Shown: piece after piece, positions 44,630-52,494 of the stretch
Layout of the letters: every line of letters starts with the position of its first letter
Numbering within the stretch: the first letter of the stretch is position 1
Source of the DNA: Candidatus Omnitrophota bacterium
GTDB taxonomy: Bacteria > Omnitrophota > Gorgyraeia > 2-02-FULL-51-18
Assembly (NCBI GenBank): GCA_016197155.1
Contig: JACPWF010000006.1
Coordinates: 9,511-73,510 of the forward strand
DNA length: 64,000 nt
Direction: 5' to 3'
Position numbers and translations under genes: made by a program
The notes under the pieces: generated by a model
What the model was told of the DNA's origin: nothing
Databases searched by the model: none
Seen by the model: the letters and a program-made list of their open reading frames with translations, nothing else

Positions 44630-46201
44630 TTAAATCACTCTTTCAAACTCCTCCACCGGCAGTTTCCACACCGGCACGCCGCAAAAGCGGTCCCCCTCGG
44701 GGCAATACGGCTGGGTGCCCGCGAGGCTCCTCAGGCCGCAGGGCGGCAGGAGGTACTTGCCGATTTCGGGAAATACGCGGCTCACCTGCGTCACCTCGTC
44801 GCGGCACATGCTCCAGATCTCTTCCTGTGCCGTGTAGCAAAGGCGCTTGGTCCACTTGTGGTGGTGATTCAAAAGGTCCCCCGACTCGTAAAAACGGATC
44901 GGAAAGGCATTCGGCAAAAGATACATCACAAATTCCTCTTCGACACCCTTGTTCAAAAGAAGCGCCATATTTTTCCAGACCGTTTCCATCGTGCGGTTGT
45001 AAAAATCCGTAGCCTCGGCCGAAACCCGCACGAGCGTGGGCGTGATGAAGTCCGGACGCTCGGCGACAAACTGACGGTAAAGCACGGGCCGCGAGGCCGG
45101 CGTCATGCGGTGGCGCTGGTCCTGGGAATCGGCGGTGTGGCTGATTTTTTTCTGAAAGGTGAAATGGGGGTGCGAGAGCGTGCGCGTCAGTTTCCCGAGC
45201 GTGGTGAGATTGAGCGCCTCGCCGAAATAAGGATTCTTCGCCGGATTCAAAACCAGGTCCAGGGCCTCTTCCTCCGGGAGCGATTCCGCGGTGAGGCCGA
45301 GCACCGCGCGCACGGCCGCGGCCATGCTCGCTTGGCCGTTCACCTTATAGTCGGCCAGGCGCGAGGTGAGATTCCCAAGTTGGGCGTCAAACTCCTTTAA
45401 AAACGCGCGGCGGTCCGTCAGGCCCCCTTCGGCCGTGCGCGCGGCGAAAAATTCATGCTCCGGCGTTTTCTCGAGCGGGATCACGTCTTCGATCTGGCTG
45501 AAAAAAAGCGGGTCCACCTCATTCACGGCCTCGACCATTTTCCCGACGACCAGCCTCTGCTCGAGCGGCGCGTCGAACTGTTCGCAGAGCCGGTGATACC
45601 GGTGAAGGGTGAGTCCGCTCACCGTGTGGTAGAGGTGCGCGTGCGTGGCGACCGGCAGGACGTAGCGCGCCACTTCCTGAGCGCGTTTTTTTAAAGCGCT
45701 CGCCCAGCGTTTTTCATTGGAATCGCGATAAGGAAATATTTTTTCATACTCCGCCCGAATCACCGGCTCAAGAATCCCCATCAGCTCTTTGTAAGCCTCC
45801 ATCTGAAAACGAATGGTTTCCAAATAGAGCGGGAGAATATTTTCATCCAGCGGCGGCACCGTGAAATTTTCGGGCGACACTTCGACGTAGCGCTGGGAAA
45901 CTTGTTCGCTGTTATAAAACGGGTGGCTGTGGAGAAACGACCAGATGCACTGCCGGGAAACTTTGTCGAGGATAAACTGAAACGTCGCGTGCTGGATCGT
46001 CGTGTGGTGTCCGGCCTTGTAGATCGATTCGGCGATCTCGTCCCGCCTGCGGCGAGCGCGTTCGTCTTTGTGAACATCCTCGGACGTCACCACGCGCGGC
46101 GAGTAGCAGGTCCGCGCCGTCGCGACCGCGTTGTCAAACGGGTCCCGGAAATAATTTTCCAGCTTCACGACGGGTTCGGGGGACAGGCCCAGGCGGTTCA
46201 T
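44630..46201 (-). CDS. Tandem-domain ThyX-like FAD-dependent thymidylate synthase
   Basis: AGHHTTIQH, SQRY, EVARYVLP, QRHR, YLLPNA and RLCYTAQEEI; about twice the length of ThyX. Confidence 0.72.
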   Translation of the reverse strand: MNRLGLSPEPVVKLENYFRDPFDNAVATARTCYSPRVVTSEDVHKDERARRRRDEIAESIYKAGHHTTIQHATFQFILDKVSRQCIWSFLHSHPFYNSEQVSQRYVEVSPENFTVPPLDENILPLYLETIRFQMEAYKELMGILEPVIRAEYEKIFPYRDSNEKRWASALKKRAQEVARYVLPVATHAHLYHTVSGLTLHRYHRLCEQFDAPLEQRLVVGKMVEAVNEVDPLFFSQIEDVIPLEKTPEHEFFAARTAEGGLTDRRAFLKEFDAQLGNLTSRLADYKVNGQASMAAAVRAVLGLTAESLPEEEALDLVLNPAKNPYFGEALNLTTLGKLTRTLSHPHFTFQKKISHTADSQDQRHRMTPASRPVLYRQFVAERPDFITPTLVRVSAEATDFYNRTMETVWKNMALLLNKGVEEEFVMYLLPNAFPIRFYESGDLLNHHHKWTKRLCYTAQEEIWSMCRDEVTQVSRVFPEIGKYLLPPCGLRSLAGTQPYCPEGDRFCGVPVWKLPVEEFERVI

Positions 46202-46305
46202 TCTTTGTTCACTTTAAAAACGATTTCCTCGGGCGGTGGCAGAAAATCCTTGATCACTTTCAGCTTGCCGATCGGTTCATTCGCGTATTTTATTTTGTGT
46301 CTCAT
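46198..46305 (-). pseudogene. Truncated CopG/BrnA-like antitoxin fragment (35 aa)
   Basis: Manual translation MRHKIKYANEPIGKLKVIKDFLPPPEEIVFKVNKE*; resembles the N-terminus of CopG-type antitoxins but lacks the RHH; stop overlaps the thyX-like ATG. Confidence 0.55.
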
Positions 46306-46340
46306 AGGATGCTAAGCCTTCTCGCGGGACAGGGTCCGAT

Positions 46341-46499
46341 TTATTTATGCAAAGCTTGACGCGCCGAAATTCTTGCGACTTTGCCGTTTTTCCACACGGC
46401 AAGAGGTCGACCTGTTTCTTTATGCCGCTCTACTACCTGCCGAACGGCCTTCTTTAATGCCGCTTCCGCTTTGTCTTGTAATGTCATTCTTTTTTTCAT
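46341..46499 (-). CDS. Small partner protein of the zeta-like ATPase (52 aa)
   Basis: Manual translation MKKRMTLQDKAEAALKKAVRQVVERHKETGRPLAVWKNGKVARISARQALHK*; ATGA overlap with the upstream gene. Confidence 0.7.
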   Translation of the reverse strand: MKKRMTLQDKAEAALKKAVRQVVERHKETGRPLAVWKNGKVARISARQALHK

Positions 46500-47080
46500 T
46501 TTAGAGTCGTCCACTTTCCAACTATTTTAAAATATTCTTGATAGTCCATTACTTCTACATTTCCATTCCGTCGCTTAGCAATTAACACTGGTGTAGTCCC
46601 GGAATTATCGAAAAGCATCCATGAATCAAAAGTAGACTCGTACTTAATAAAATTGCTCACGCCTCGAACAAACCGCCTTCGAACATCTACCGCAGGAACG
46701 TGATGCCCGCCTTCAGTCACACGATCTTTGATCCGAGCTATCGCTAATTCAGGGCTCGGAATCCACAAAAAGAAAAGGTGGAGCGAATAACCCTTCTCCT
46801 TCAATTCATTTAACAGATGCATATAGGATCTACCTGATAGTGTAGTTTCGAAGGCAAAATCGACCCCATGACCAGCATACTCGTCAATTCGTTGTAAAAC
46901 AAGTTTGCCGGCCTTGATCGCCGCGGCTCGCGGATCGAATGGCGCCAGTCCTTGTGCGATCAAGTCCGCATTCACAAAATTGGGACACTTCACATAATCT
47001 GGCAGAAACAACTTTGCAAATGTTGTTTTGCCTGAACCGTTTGGACCGGCGATGAGGTAGAGGTTTTTGGAATGCGGCAT
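46496..47080 (-). CDS. Zeta-toxin-like / AAA_33 P-loop protein
   Basis: IAGPNGSGKTT, FVNADLIA, FAFETTLSG and RVTEGGHHVP; AT-richer than its neighbours; start ATG 47080. Confidence 0.85.
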   Translation of the reverse strand: MPHSKNLYLIAGPNGSGKTTFAKLFLPDYVKCPNFVNADLIAQGLAPFDPRAAAIKAGKLVLQRIDEYAGHGVDFAFETTLSGRSYMHLLNELKEKGYSLHLFFLWIPSPELAIARIKDRVTEGGHHVPAVDVRRRFVRGVSNFIKYESTFDSWMLFDNSGTTPVLIAKRRNGNVEVMDYQEYFKIVGKWTTLK

Positions 47081-47082
47081 TC

Positions 47083-48888
47083 TTACGCCGCGCACTCGCC
47101 CTTGCCCACTTCGACTTTGAAGGCCTTGCCGGGATCGCCGAGGTCTTCGTACATTTTCGGGTCCTGGTCAAACGCGGGCACAGCGGTGAAAGGGTTCACG
47201 ATTTCTTTGAGGCGCGCCACGCCCGCCCGTTCGGCCCACTGCAGAAAACTTTCGCTCCGCCCTTTTTCTTTTTTGAAGGCATCGAGAATGGCTTGGGTCG
47301 CCTCGGGTGTCCGTTTGGCGGGGATAGGCGCGATGCGCTTGCCGAACACCGCCGCCCCGTTCGGCGCCGTGAAGCCGCCGATCATGAGCTGATAATGCGG
47401 CACGGCCCTGCCGTCCACGTTTTTCGAGGCGCCGTGAAAACCGATGTTCGCGATGTGGTGCTGGCCGCAGGAATTGGTACAGCCGGAAATTTTGATCGTG
47501 ACGTCGCGGAAAACCGGGTCGCTTCCGTAACCGTTTGTGAAAATTTTTCCCATCTCAAACGCGAGCCCCTTCGAATGCGTGATGGCGATCTGGCAGGTGT
47601 CGGCCCCCGGACAGCGCGTGATGTCCGTCACCGTCTCGGCGCCCTTCTGCGCGAGACCCGCCTTTTGCAATTCGGCGTAAAGCGCTTTCAGGGAATTTTT
47701 CGGGACCCAGTGCAAAAGAATATTTTGGGAAATGGTCGTCCGCATCCGGCCGCCGCAAAACACGCGCGCGATTTTAGCGAGCGCGCGCATTTGCCCGGGA
47801 TCAATGTCCCCCAATGAACAGCGCACATTCACCGCCCAGTAGCCTTTTTGTTTTTGTTCAAAGGAGTTGGTCGCCAGCCATTCGTCAAATCCCGGCAAAA
47901 CTGCCGGGGCCTGCGTCGGCGCGGCCTGTTTCAGAACCGGCGCGGCGGCTTCCCCGACTTTCAATTTCCAAAACGCCTCTTTCCCCGAACCCGTCGCGAC
48001 CACCGCGCGGCGCTCATCCAAAAATTCCTTGCGGAAGGTTTCGATGCCCCACTTCGCCACGAGATATTTGATGCGCGCGCGATTTTTGTCCTTGCGCTCG
48101 CCGTTCCGGTCAAAGAGGCGGATCACCGCCTCCGCCGTCGGCAGGTAAAGCTCGACGGGTATAAATTCTTCAAGAAGCTGAGCCGCGAACGGCTGGCTCC
48201 CCAGCCCCCCGCCGACGTAAACGGCGAAACCGCGGGCCTCTTTCCCGTTCACGACTTTTTTTTGGGCGACGAATCCCAGGTCGTGAATCCCGACCTTCGC
48301 CCAATCCTCCTCGGCGCTTCCCTCAAACGCGATCTTGAATTTTCGCGGCAGGTTCTGGCAGACGGGGTTTCTCAAAAAATAAAGGCTGAGGAGATCCGCG
48401 TAAGGCGTCACGTCAAAAACTTCTTTGGGCGAGATGCCGGCGTAGTGCGTCGCGCTGACATTCCGCACCGTGTTGCCACAGGCCTCGCGCGTCGTGAGAC
48501 CCACCTCGGCAAGCCTTCTCAAAATCCCGGGAACATCCGTGCGTTTGATTTCATGGAGCTGGACCGCCTGCCGGGTCGTCACGTGCGCGAGCTTGTTCGG
48601 CGCGAAGCGCTCGGCGATGTCGGCGATGCATTCGAGTTGAAGCGGATTGAGGTGCCCGAAACGGATCTTGATGCGGATCATGTGCCGGTCCGTCGAGCCG
48701 CGGATGCCGTACACGCCGTTTTCGAGGCGGAATTTCTTAAAATCATCCGGGTCGAGCTCGCCCTTTTCGAGACGCGCGATCTCGGCCTCAAAGCGCCGGA
48801 TCTCGGCCTCGTGTTCGGGCGAGAGTTCCTTTGTGAGGCGCTCTTCAAAGAGCGCCGACAGGTCTTCGATTTTTTGCGGGGTGGTCAT
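47083..48888 (-). CDS. Siroheme nitrite/sulfite reductase
   Basis: TTRQAVQLH, EACGNTVRN, LPRKFK, CPGADTC and SGCTNSCGQH. Confidence 0.92.
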   Translation of the reverse strand: MTTPQKIEDLSALFEERLTKELSPEHEAEIRRFEAEIARLEKGELDPDDFKKFRLENGVYGIRGSTDRHMIRIKIRFGHLNPLQLECIADIAERFAPNKLAHVTTRQAVQLHEIKRTDVPGILRRLAEVGLTTREACGNTVRNVSATHYAGISPKEVFDVTPYADLLSLYFLRNPVCQNLPRKFKIAFEGSAEEDWAKVGIHDLGFVAQKKVVNGKEARGFAVYVGGGLGSQPFAAQLLEEFIPVELYLPTAEAVIRLFDRNGERKDKNRARIKYLVAKWGIETFRKEFLDERRAVVATGSGKEAFWKLKVGEAAAPVLKQAAPTQAPAVLPGFDEWLATNSFEQKQKGYWAVNVRCSLGDIDPGQMRALAKIARVFCGGRMRTTISQNILLHWVPKNSLKALYAELQKAGLAQKGAETVTDITRCPGADTCQIAITHSKGLAFEMGKIFTNGYGSDPVFRDVTIKISGCTNSCGQHHIANIGFHGASKNVDGRAVPHYQLMIGGFTAPNGAAVFGKRIAPIPAKRTPEATQAILDAFKKEKGRSESFLQWAERAGVARLKEIVNPFTAVPAFDQDPKMYEDLGDPGKAFKVEVGKGECAA

Positions 48889-48923
48889 GGGATGAATCTA
48901 TTCCTTCGCGGGCCTAATGTCAA
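48889..48923 (-). promoter_or_regulatory. Sigma70 promoter, leaderless geometry
   Basis: TTGACA-17 nt-TAGATT-6 nt-ATG 48888. Confidence 0.65.
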
Positions 48924-48988
48924 GCATTTTTGTAGCAATTATATTAAAATAAATAACTTATATATAACTAAAATACTAGTCTATAAAT

Positions 48989-49198
48989 CTACCGGCGCGA
49001 CTGGGAAAAACAGGCGAAGGACAGCGACAGAATAAAAACGCCGAGGAGGAGACTCCCCAAAGGCGTCAATTCAAAACTGCCGATCCTAAACTCCCACCCT
49101 TTGAAATACCGCAGGACGTGAAACGACCCCACGGCCGCGTAGATCATGCCGGAGAGCCGCAAAAGGTTTGTCGTTGTCCGTCCGCCTGATTTGGCCAT
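48989..49198 (-). CDS. Small two-helix membrane protein
   Basis: 69 aa with two hydrophobic segments. Confidence 0.6.
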   Translation of the reverse strand: MAKSGGRTTTNLLRLSGMIYAAVGSFHVLRYFKGWEFRIGSFELTPLGSLLLGVFILSLSFACFSQSRR

Positions 49199-49205
49199 GC
49201 CTTGA

Positions 49206-50351
49206 TTATATCAATTCCCCGCGAAGCCTGTCCATGCCTTCCCGAAAAATGGGCTCACGCGCCAAAAGGCCGAGCACCAGGTGCGCGCCGCCGGCGAAAT
49301 CGTAAAAATAACCCGGGTGCGCGAGGGTGTTGTGTTTTTTGAGGAGGGTCATCGCGATTTTTTCTTCGTCCGCGCGCCCGTGGGCGGCCGCGTCGATCAC
49401 CGCGTACCACCCGCCCTCGCTTTTCAAAATCCGCAGGGGCGGGGTCCCTCGCGTCAAATGATTTCGATTTTCAAAAATCCTTTTCATTATTTCCGCCTGA
49501 ATCTCGCCGCGTTTTTCCATCCAACCCGGAAACGCGTTCTGCGCCGGTGTGTTTACCGACAAAAAAGTATCCGCGATAATCTCGAGGCGGCGGATGGCTT
49601 CGCGCGTTTCTTTTTCGGGGCCGCTTACCACAATCCAAGATAATTTCATTTGAGGCAAAGCCAGGATTTTGGAAATACCGGAAAGCGTAAAGGTCAGACA
49701 TTCGTCATTGCCGGCAAACGAATGCCCCGCGCCGTTTTCAAACGGATAGTCCAGAAAAACCTCGTCGGAAAGAACCGCCATTTTATTCCGCGAGCAAAAA
49801 CGGTTAACCAACAATCTTTCCTCCCGCCGGACAAAATGGCCGGTGGGGTTATTGGGATTGACGAGAATAAAAACCTTCGCGTTCCGCGCGGAGGCGGGTT
49901 TGGGATCCATCCGCCAACCGTTCTCGTACCGGAGCCGGTAGCGCGAAATCCGCGCGTCGTTCAACCCCGCCAGATAATCCAAAAGCGGGTAGCTCGGCCG
50001 CGGCGCGAGCGCCCGTTCGCCCGGGTTGAGAAGAAGCCGGAAAACAAACGCGTACGCCTCGCTCGTGCCGGCGGTCAAAAAAACCTGATCCGGGAGAACG
50101 CGGATTTTTTTTTCGAGGTAATAATCACAAACCGCGCGGCGGGCCGAAAGGAGGCCGTGAGGGTCGGGGTCGTACGAAAAATTTTCGGGGCCGGGCGGGC
50201 ATTCTAAATTTTTTAAAGAATGAAACCCCGAGCGCGTGGGATTGGATTCGGTGAGGTCAAAAATTTTCTCCCCCGCCGCTTTTTTGGCTTCGAGAAGCCG
50301 CGACAGGGGGTTGGATTCGAGCCGCCAATTTGTCCGTTTGGCAAAACGCAA
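49206..50351 (-). CDS. Class I/II PLP aminotransferase
   Basis: DLTESNPT, VNPNNPTG, SDEVFLDY and SGISK. Confidence 0.9.
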   Translation of the reverse strand: MRFAKRTNWRLESNPLSRLLEAKKAAGEKIFDLTESNPTRSGFHSLKNLECPPGPENFSYDPDPHGLLSARRAVCDYYLEKKIRVLPDQVFLTAGTSEAYAFVFRLLLNPGERALAPRPSYPLLDYLAGLNDARISRYRLRYENGWRMDPKPASARNAKVFILVNPNNPTGHFVRREERLLVNRFCSRNKMAVLSDEVFLDYPFENGAGHSFAGNDECLTFTLSGISKILALPQMKLSWIVVSGPEKETREAIRRLEIIADTFLSVNTPAQNAFPGWMEKRGEIQAEIMKRIFENRNHLTRGTPPLRILKSEGGWYAVIDAAAHGRADEEKIAMTLLKKHNTLAHPGYFYDFAGGAHLVLGLLAREPIFREGMDRLRGELI

Positions 50352-50371
50352 TCGATGCCCCTTTAAACTGC

Positions 50372-50402
50372 AGGGGCGCGGATGACTCCGCGCCCCTTTT
50401 TT
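50372..50402. terminator. GC-rich hairpin downstream of the DUF883-like gene
   Basis: aggggcgcgga-tgac-tccgcgcccct; the T-run is on the + strand, so orientation is uncertain. Confidence 0.5.
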
Positions 50403-50426
50403 GGCGTTAGTCCGTTGCGCGATGAA

Positions 50427-50699
50427 TTACGCTTTTTTTCTGCCCAGGAAATAACCCAGGATCAGAGACCCCGCGGCAAACGCGCCGATGTATTTCCATG
50501 GATTTTTATGAACCTCGCGCTCCGCCTTGAGCGCGGCCTTTTTGACTTTACTGCCGCCTTCCTCGATCGCCTCGGTCGTCATCTTTTTGACGTGGTCGAA
50601 GTTGTCGCAAATCGCCTCTTTCTTTTCCTTGGCAATCTGATTGACCAGATCGAGCGCCGAGCCCAGTTTACCATTATGATTCAACGTTTTCATCGTCAT
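50427..50699 (-). CDS. DUF883/ElaB-like tail-anchored protein
   Basis: VHKNPWKYIGAFAAGSLILGYFLGRK C-terminus. Confidence 0.8.
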   Translation of the reverse strand: MTMKTLNHNGKLGSALDLVNQIAKEKKEAICDNFDHVKKMTTEAIEEGGSKVKKAALKAEREVHKNPWKYIGAFAAGSLILGYFLGRKKA

Positions 50700-50797
50700 T
50701 GTTCTCCCTTTTTGTTAATTTTAATTATTATTGTTAATTATTAATTAACTATTGATAATTATACATAACAAAGTTAACATTTTCAAGCCCCACCCGT

Positions 50798-50828
50798 GGG
50801 GTCGGAGGGGTCAGAGGCCTCCGACCCC
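50798..50828. repeat. REP-like element (GGGGTC family), intergenic copy
   Basis: Identical to 18935-18964 over 30 bp. Confidence 0.9.
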
Positions 50829-50838
50829 ATCTCCCAGC

Positions 50839-50862
50839 GGTACCGGGTTCGAACCCGGTACC
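50839..50862. repeat. Perfect 24-bp palindrome
   Basis: ggtaccgggttc|gaacccggtacc, immediately upstream of a TTTACA-16 nt-TATAAT promoter. Confidence 0.85.
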
Positions 50863-50913
50863 ACCTTTACACCGGACAGAAAACAGGTATAATGCTTAAA
50901 AACGAGGGCGGGC

Positions 50914-51630
50914 ATGGCTGAAAAACCCAGGTTCTACGACGCGGCGGTCTCCAGGATTGTTTCGCTGACGGACACCGTCAAACATTTCGTGATCGATTAC
51001 CCCAAAGACGCCGATACGCGATTCATCGCGGGCCAGTTCATGATGGTGCACCTCCAAAAAGACGGCCAGCCGCACAAAAAACCCTACTCGATCGCGTCCT
51101 CCCCCTCGCTCGATCACCAAATCGAGCTCTGCATCAAGCTCGTCGAGGGCGGCTTTGTCTCCACCTGGTTTTTCAATTTAAAAGAAGGCGACGTCCTGCG
51201 CACAAGCCTCCCCTACGGCGTGTTCACGCTCCGCGAACCCTGGGAGGAGAATCTTGTTTTCGTGGGCACCGGCACCGGCATCGCGCCGCTTCGCGGGATG
51301 ATCCAGAATTTGTACGAAAAAGGCTGTGCGAAGGAGATCTGGCTGATATTCGGAAACCGCTACGAGACGGACATCCTGTATCTTGACGAATGGCGGGAAC
51401 TGGAAAAGCGGCACAAAAATTTTCACTTCATTCCGACCGTGAGCCGCGGAAAAAACTGGAACGGAGAGACCGCCTACGTGCAGGACGTGGTGAAAAAATT
51501 ATTCGCGGGAAAAACAGCGGGGCTTGATTTTTACGGCTGCGGGCTTGTGCCGATGTGCAAGGCGCTCAAAGAAACCCTGATCGGAATGAATATTCCCCGC
51601 GAGAAGATCCACTTCGAACAATTCACCTAG
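50914..51630 (+). CDS. FAD-binding ferredoxin-NADP reductase-like oxidoreductase
   Basis: AGQF, PYSIAS, GTGTGIAP, YGCG and terminal EQF. Confidence 0.9.
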   Translation: MAEKPRFYDAAVSRIVSLTDTVKHFVIDYPKDADTRFIAGQFMMVHLQKDGQPHKKPYSIASSPSLDHQIELCIKLVEGGFVSTWFFNLKEGDVLRTSLPYGVFTLREPWEENLVFVGTGTGIAPLRGMIQNLYEKGCAKEIWLIFGNRYETDILYLDEWRELEKRHKNFHFIPTVSRGKNWNGETAYVQDVVKKLFAGKTAGLDFYGCGLVPMCKALKETLIGMNIPREKIHFEQFT

Positions 51631-51654
51631 GAGCGCGATGAATCGCGCCCCTAC
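51628..51654. repeat. GTAG-type REP between convergent genes; overlaps both stop codons
   Basis: taggagcgcgatgaatcgcgcccctac. Confidence 0.75.
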
Positions 51655-52184
51655 GATTTTCTTTTCCTGAACGCTTCCCACAGGCGCCGGATGTCGTTGT
51701 CCGACGAACGCGCCACCTGATTGCAGACGAAAATGAGGACGGAAAACTGCCAGGCCTCCTCGGGTCCGGTGACCAGGCCCGCGCGCACGTTTTCACTGCG
51801 CTCTAAAAACGCCGCGTGATGCTCGATCGCCTTGGCGAGCCGTCCCTCAAACACGTCGATGGACTGGGTGTGGTTGTTGTATTTGAATGAAGGGAACGCG
51901 ATGCCGCGCACGAGAAAAAAATTCGTCACGGCGTTTTCGCCAAACGGCATTTTTTCCTCGAAATCGAATCCGCCGAACTGCGGGGTGTTGAGCGGCAGGA
52001 CGATTGAGGGCTTCTCGACGGTCACCTCCCCCCTGCGGACCACGGTGTCGCCGGGGTTCACCGACGACTCCGAGAGAAAAAGATAGGGCACCTGTGTCGC
52101 CGCGAACGTCTCAAGCGGCAGGACACGCGGCCGGATGATCTCGGTATTTTTTAAAGCGCTTTCCCAGATTTCATGAATGTCCAC
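51651..52184 (-). CDS. Hypothetical protein
   Basis: 177 aa with typical codon usage; overlaps the upstream gene end. Confidence 0.75.
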   Translation of the reverse strand: MDIHEIWESALKNTEIIRPRVLPLETFAATQVPYLFLSESSVNPGDTVVRRGEVTVEKPSIVLPLNTPQFGGFDFEEKMPFGENAVTNFFLVRGIAFPSFKYNNHTQSIDVFEGRLAKAIEHHAAFLERSENVRAGLVTGPEEAWQFSVLIFVCNQVARSSDNDIRRLWEAFRKRKS

Positions 52185-52494
52185 GCGTGTCCTTAAAATG
52201 AGTTTTCAATTCCCCGATGAACGCCGTCACGTCGAGCCCCAAGGCCTCGGGTTCATATTTCTCCAAATACCCCACGGCGGTGCGGAAGAGGCCGCGCGCG
52301 CCGCTCTCGATCCCGCGCCCGCGCTGGTAAAGCGCGGCGGCGGCCTGGATCACCCCTTTGTACAGATCGCGGTGGGGGTCCCGCGCGTCCGTCCGAAGCC
52401 ACAGCGCCTCGATCACCTCGTGGCACTCGAAAAATTCTTTTCGCGCAAAAAGGCGCAGGCCCTCCTCGAACAGGGGGTCCACGGACTTTTTCAC
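52171..52494 (-). CDS. DUF309-family protein
   Basis: FFECHEVIEALW and YKGVIQAAAALY; start GTG 52494 overlapping the metE stop. Confidence 0.82.
   Translation of the reverse strand: MKKSVDPLFEEGLRLFARKEFFECHEVIEALWLRTDARDPHRDLYKGVIQAAAALYQRGRGIESGARGLFRTAVGYLEKYEPEALGLDVTAFIGELKTHFKDTRGHS

Noticed and set aside
46175-46340. Possible third gene-end duplication (CCTGTCCCnCGA near 46325-46335 and at the thyX-like start)
   Set aside because: Only about 11-12 bp with a mismatch, which is not distinguishable from chance in GC-rich DNA.
7-49035. Long plus-strand ORFs (e.g. 7-1005, 22471-23850, 31001-32740, 35204-36181, 47848-49035)
   Set aside because: They are antisense shadows of well-supported minus-strand genes in GC-rich DNA and have no recognisable motifs.
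50839-50862. GGTTCGAACCC resembling a tRNA T-arm
   Set aside because: It is the centre of a perfect palindrome; no D-arm, anticodon arm or acceptor stem is evident.
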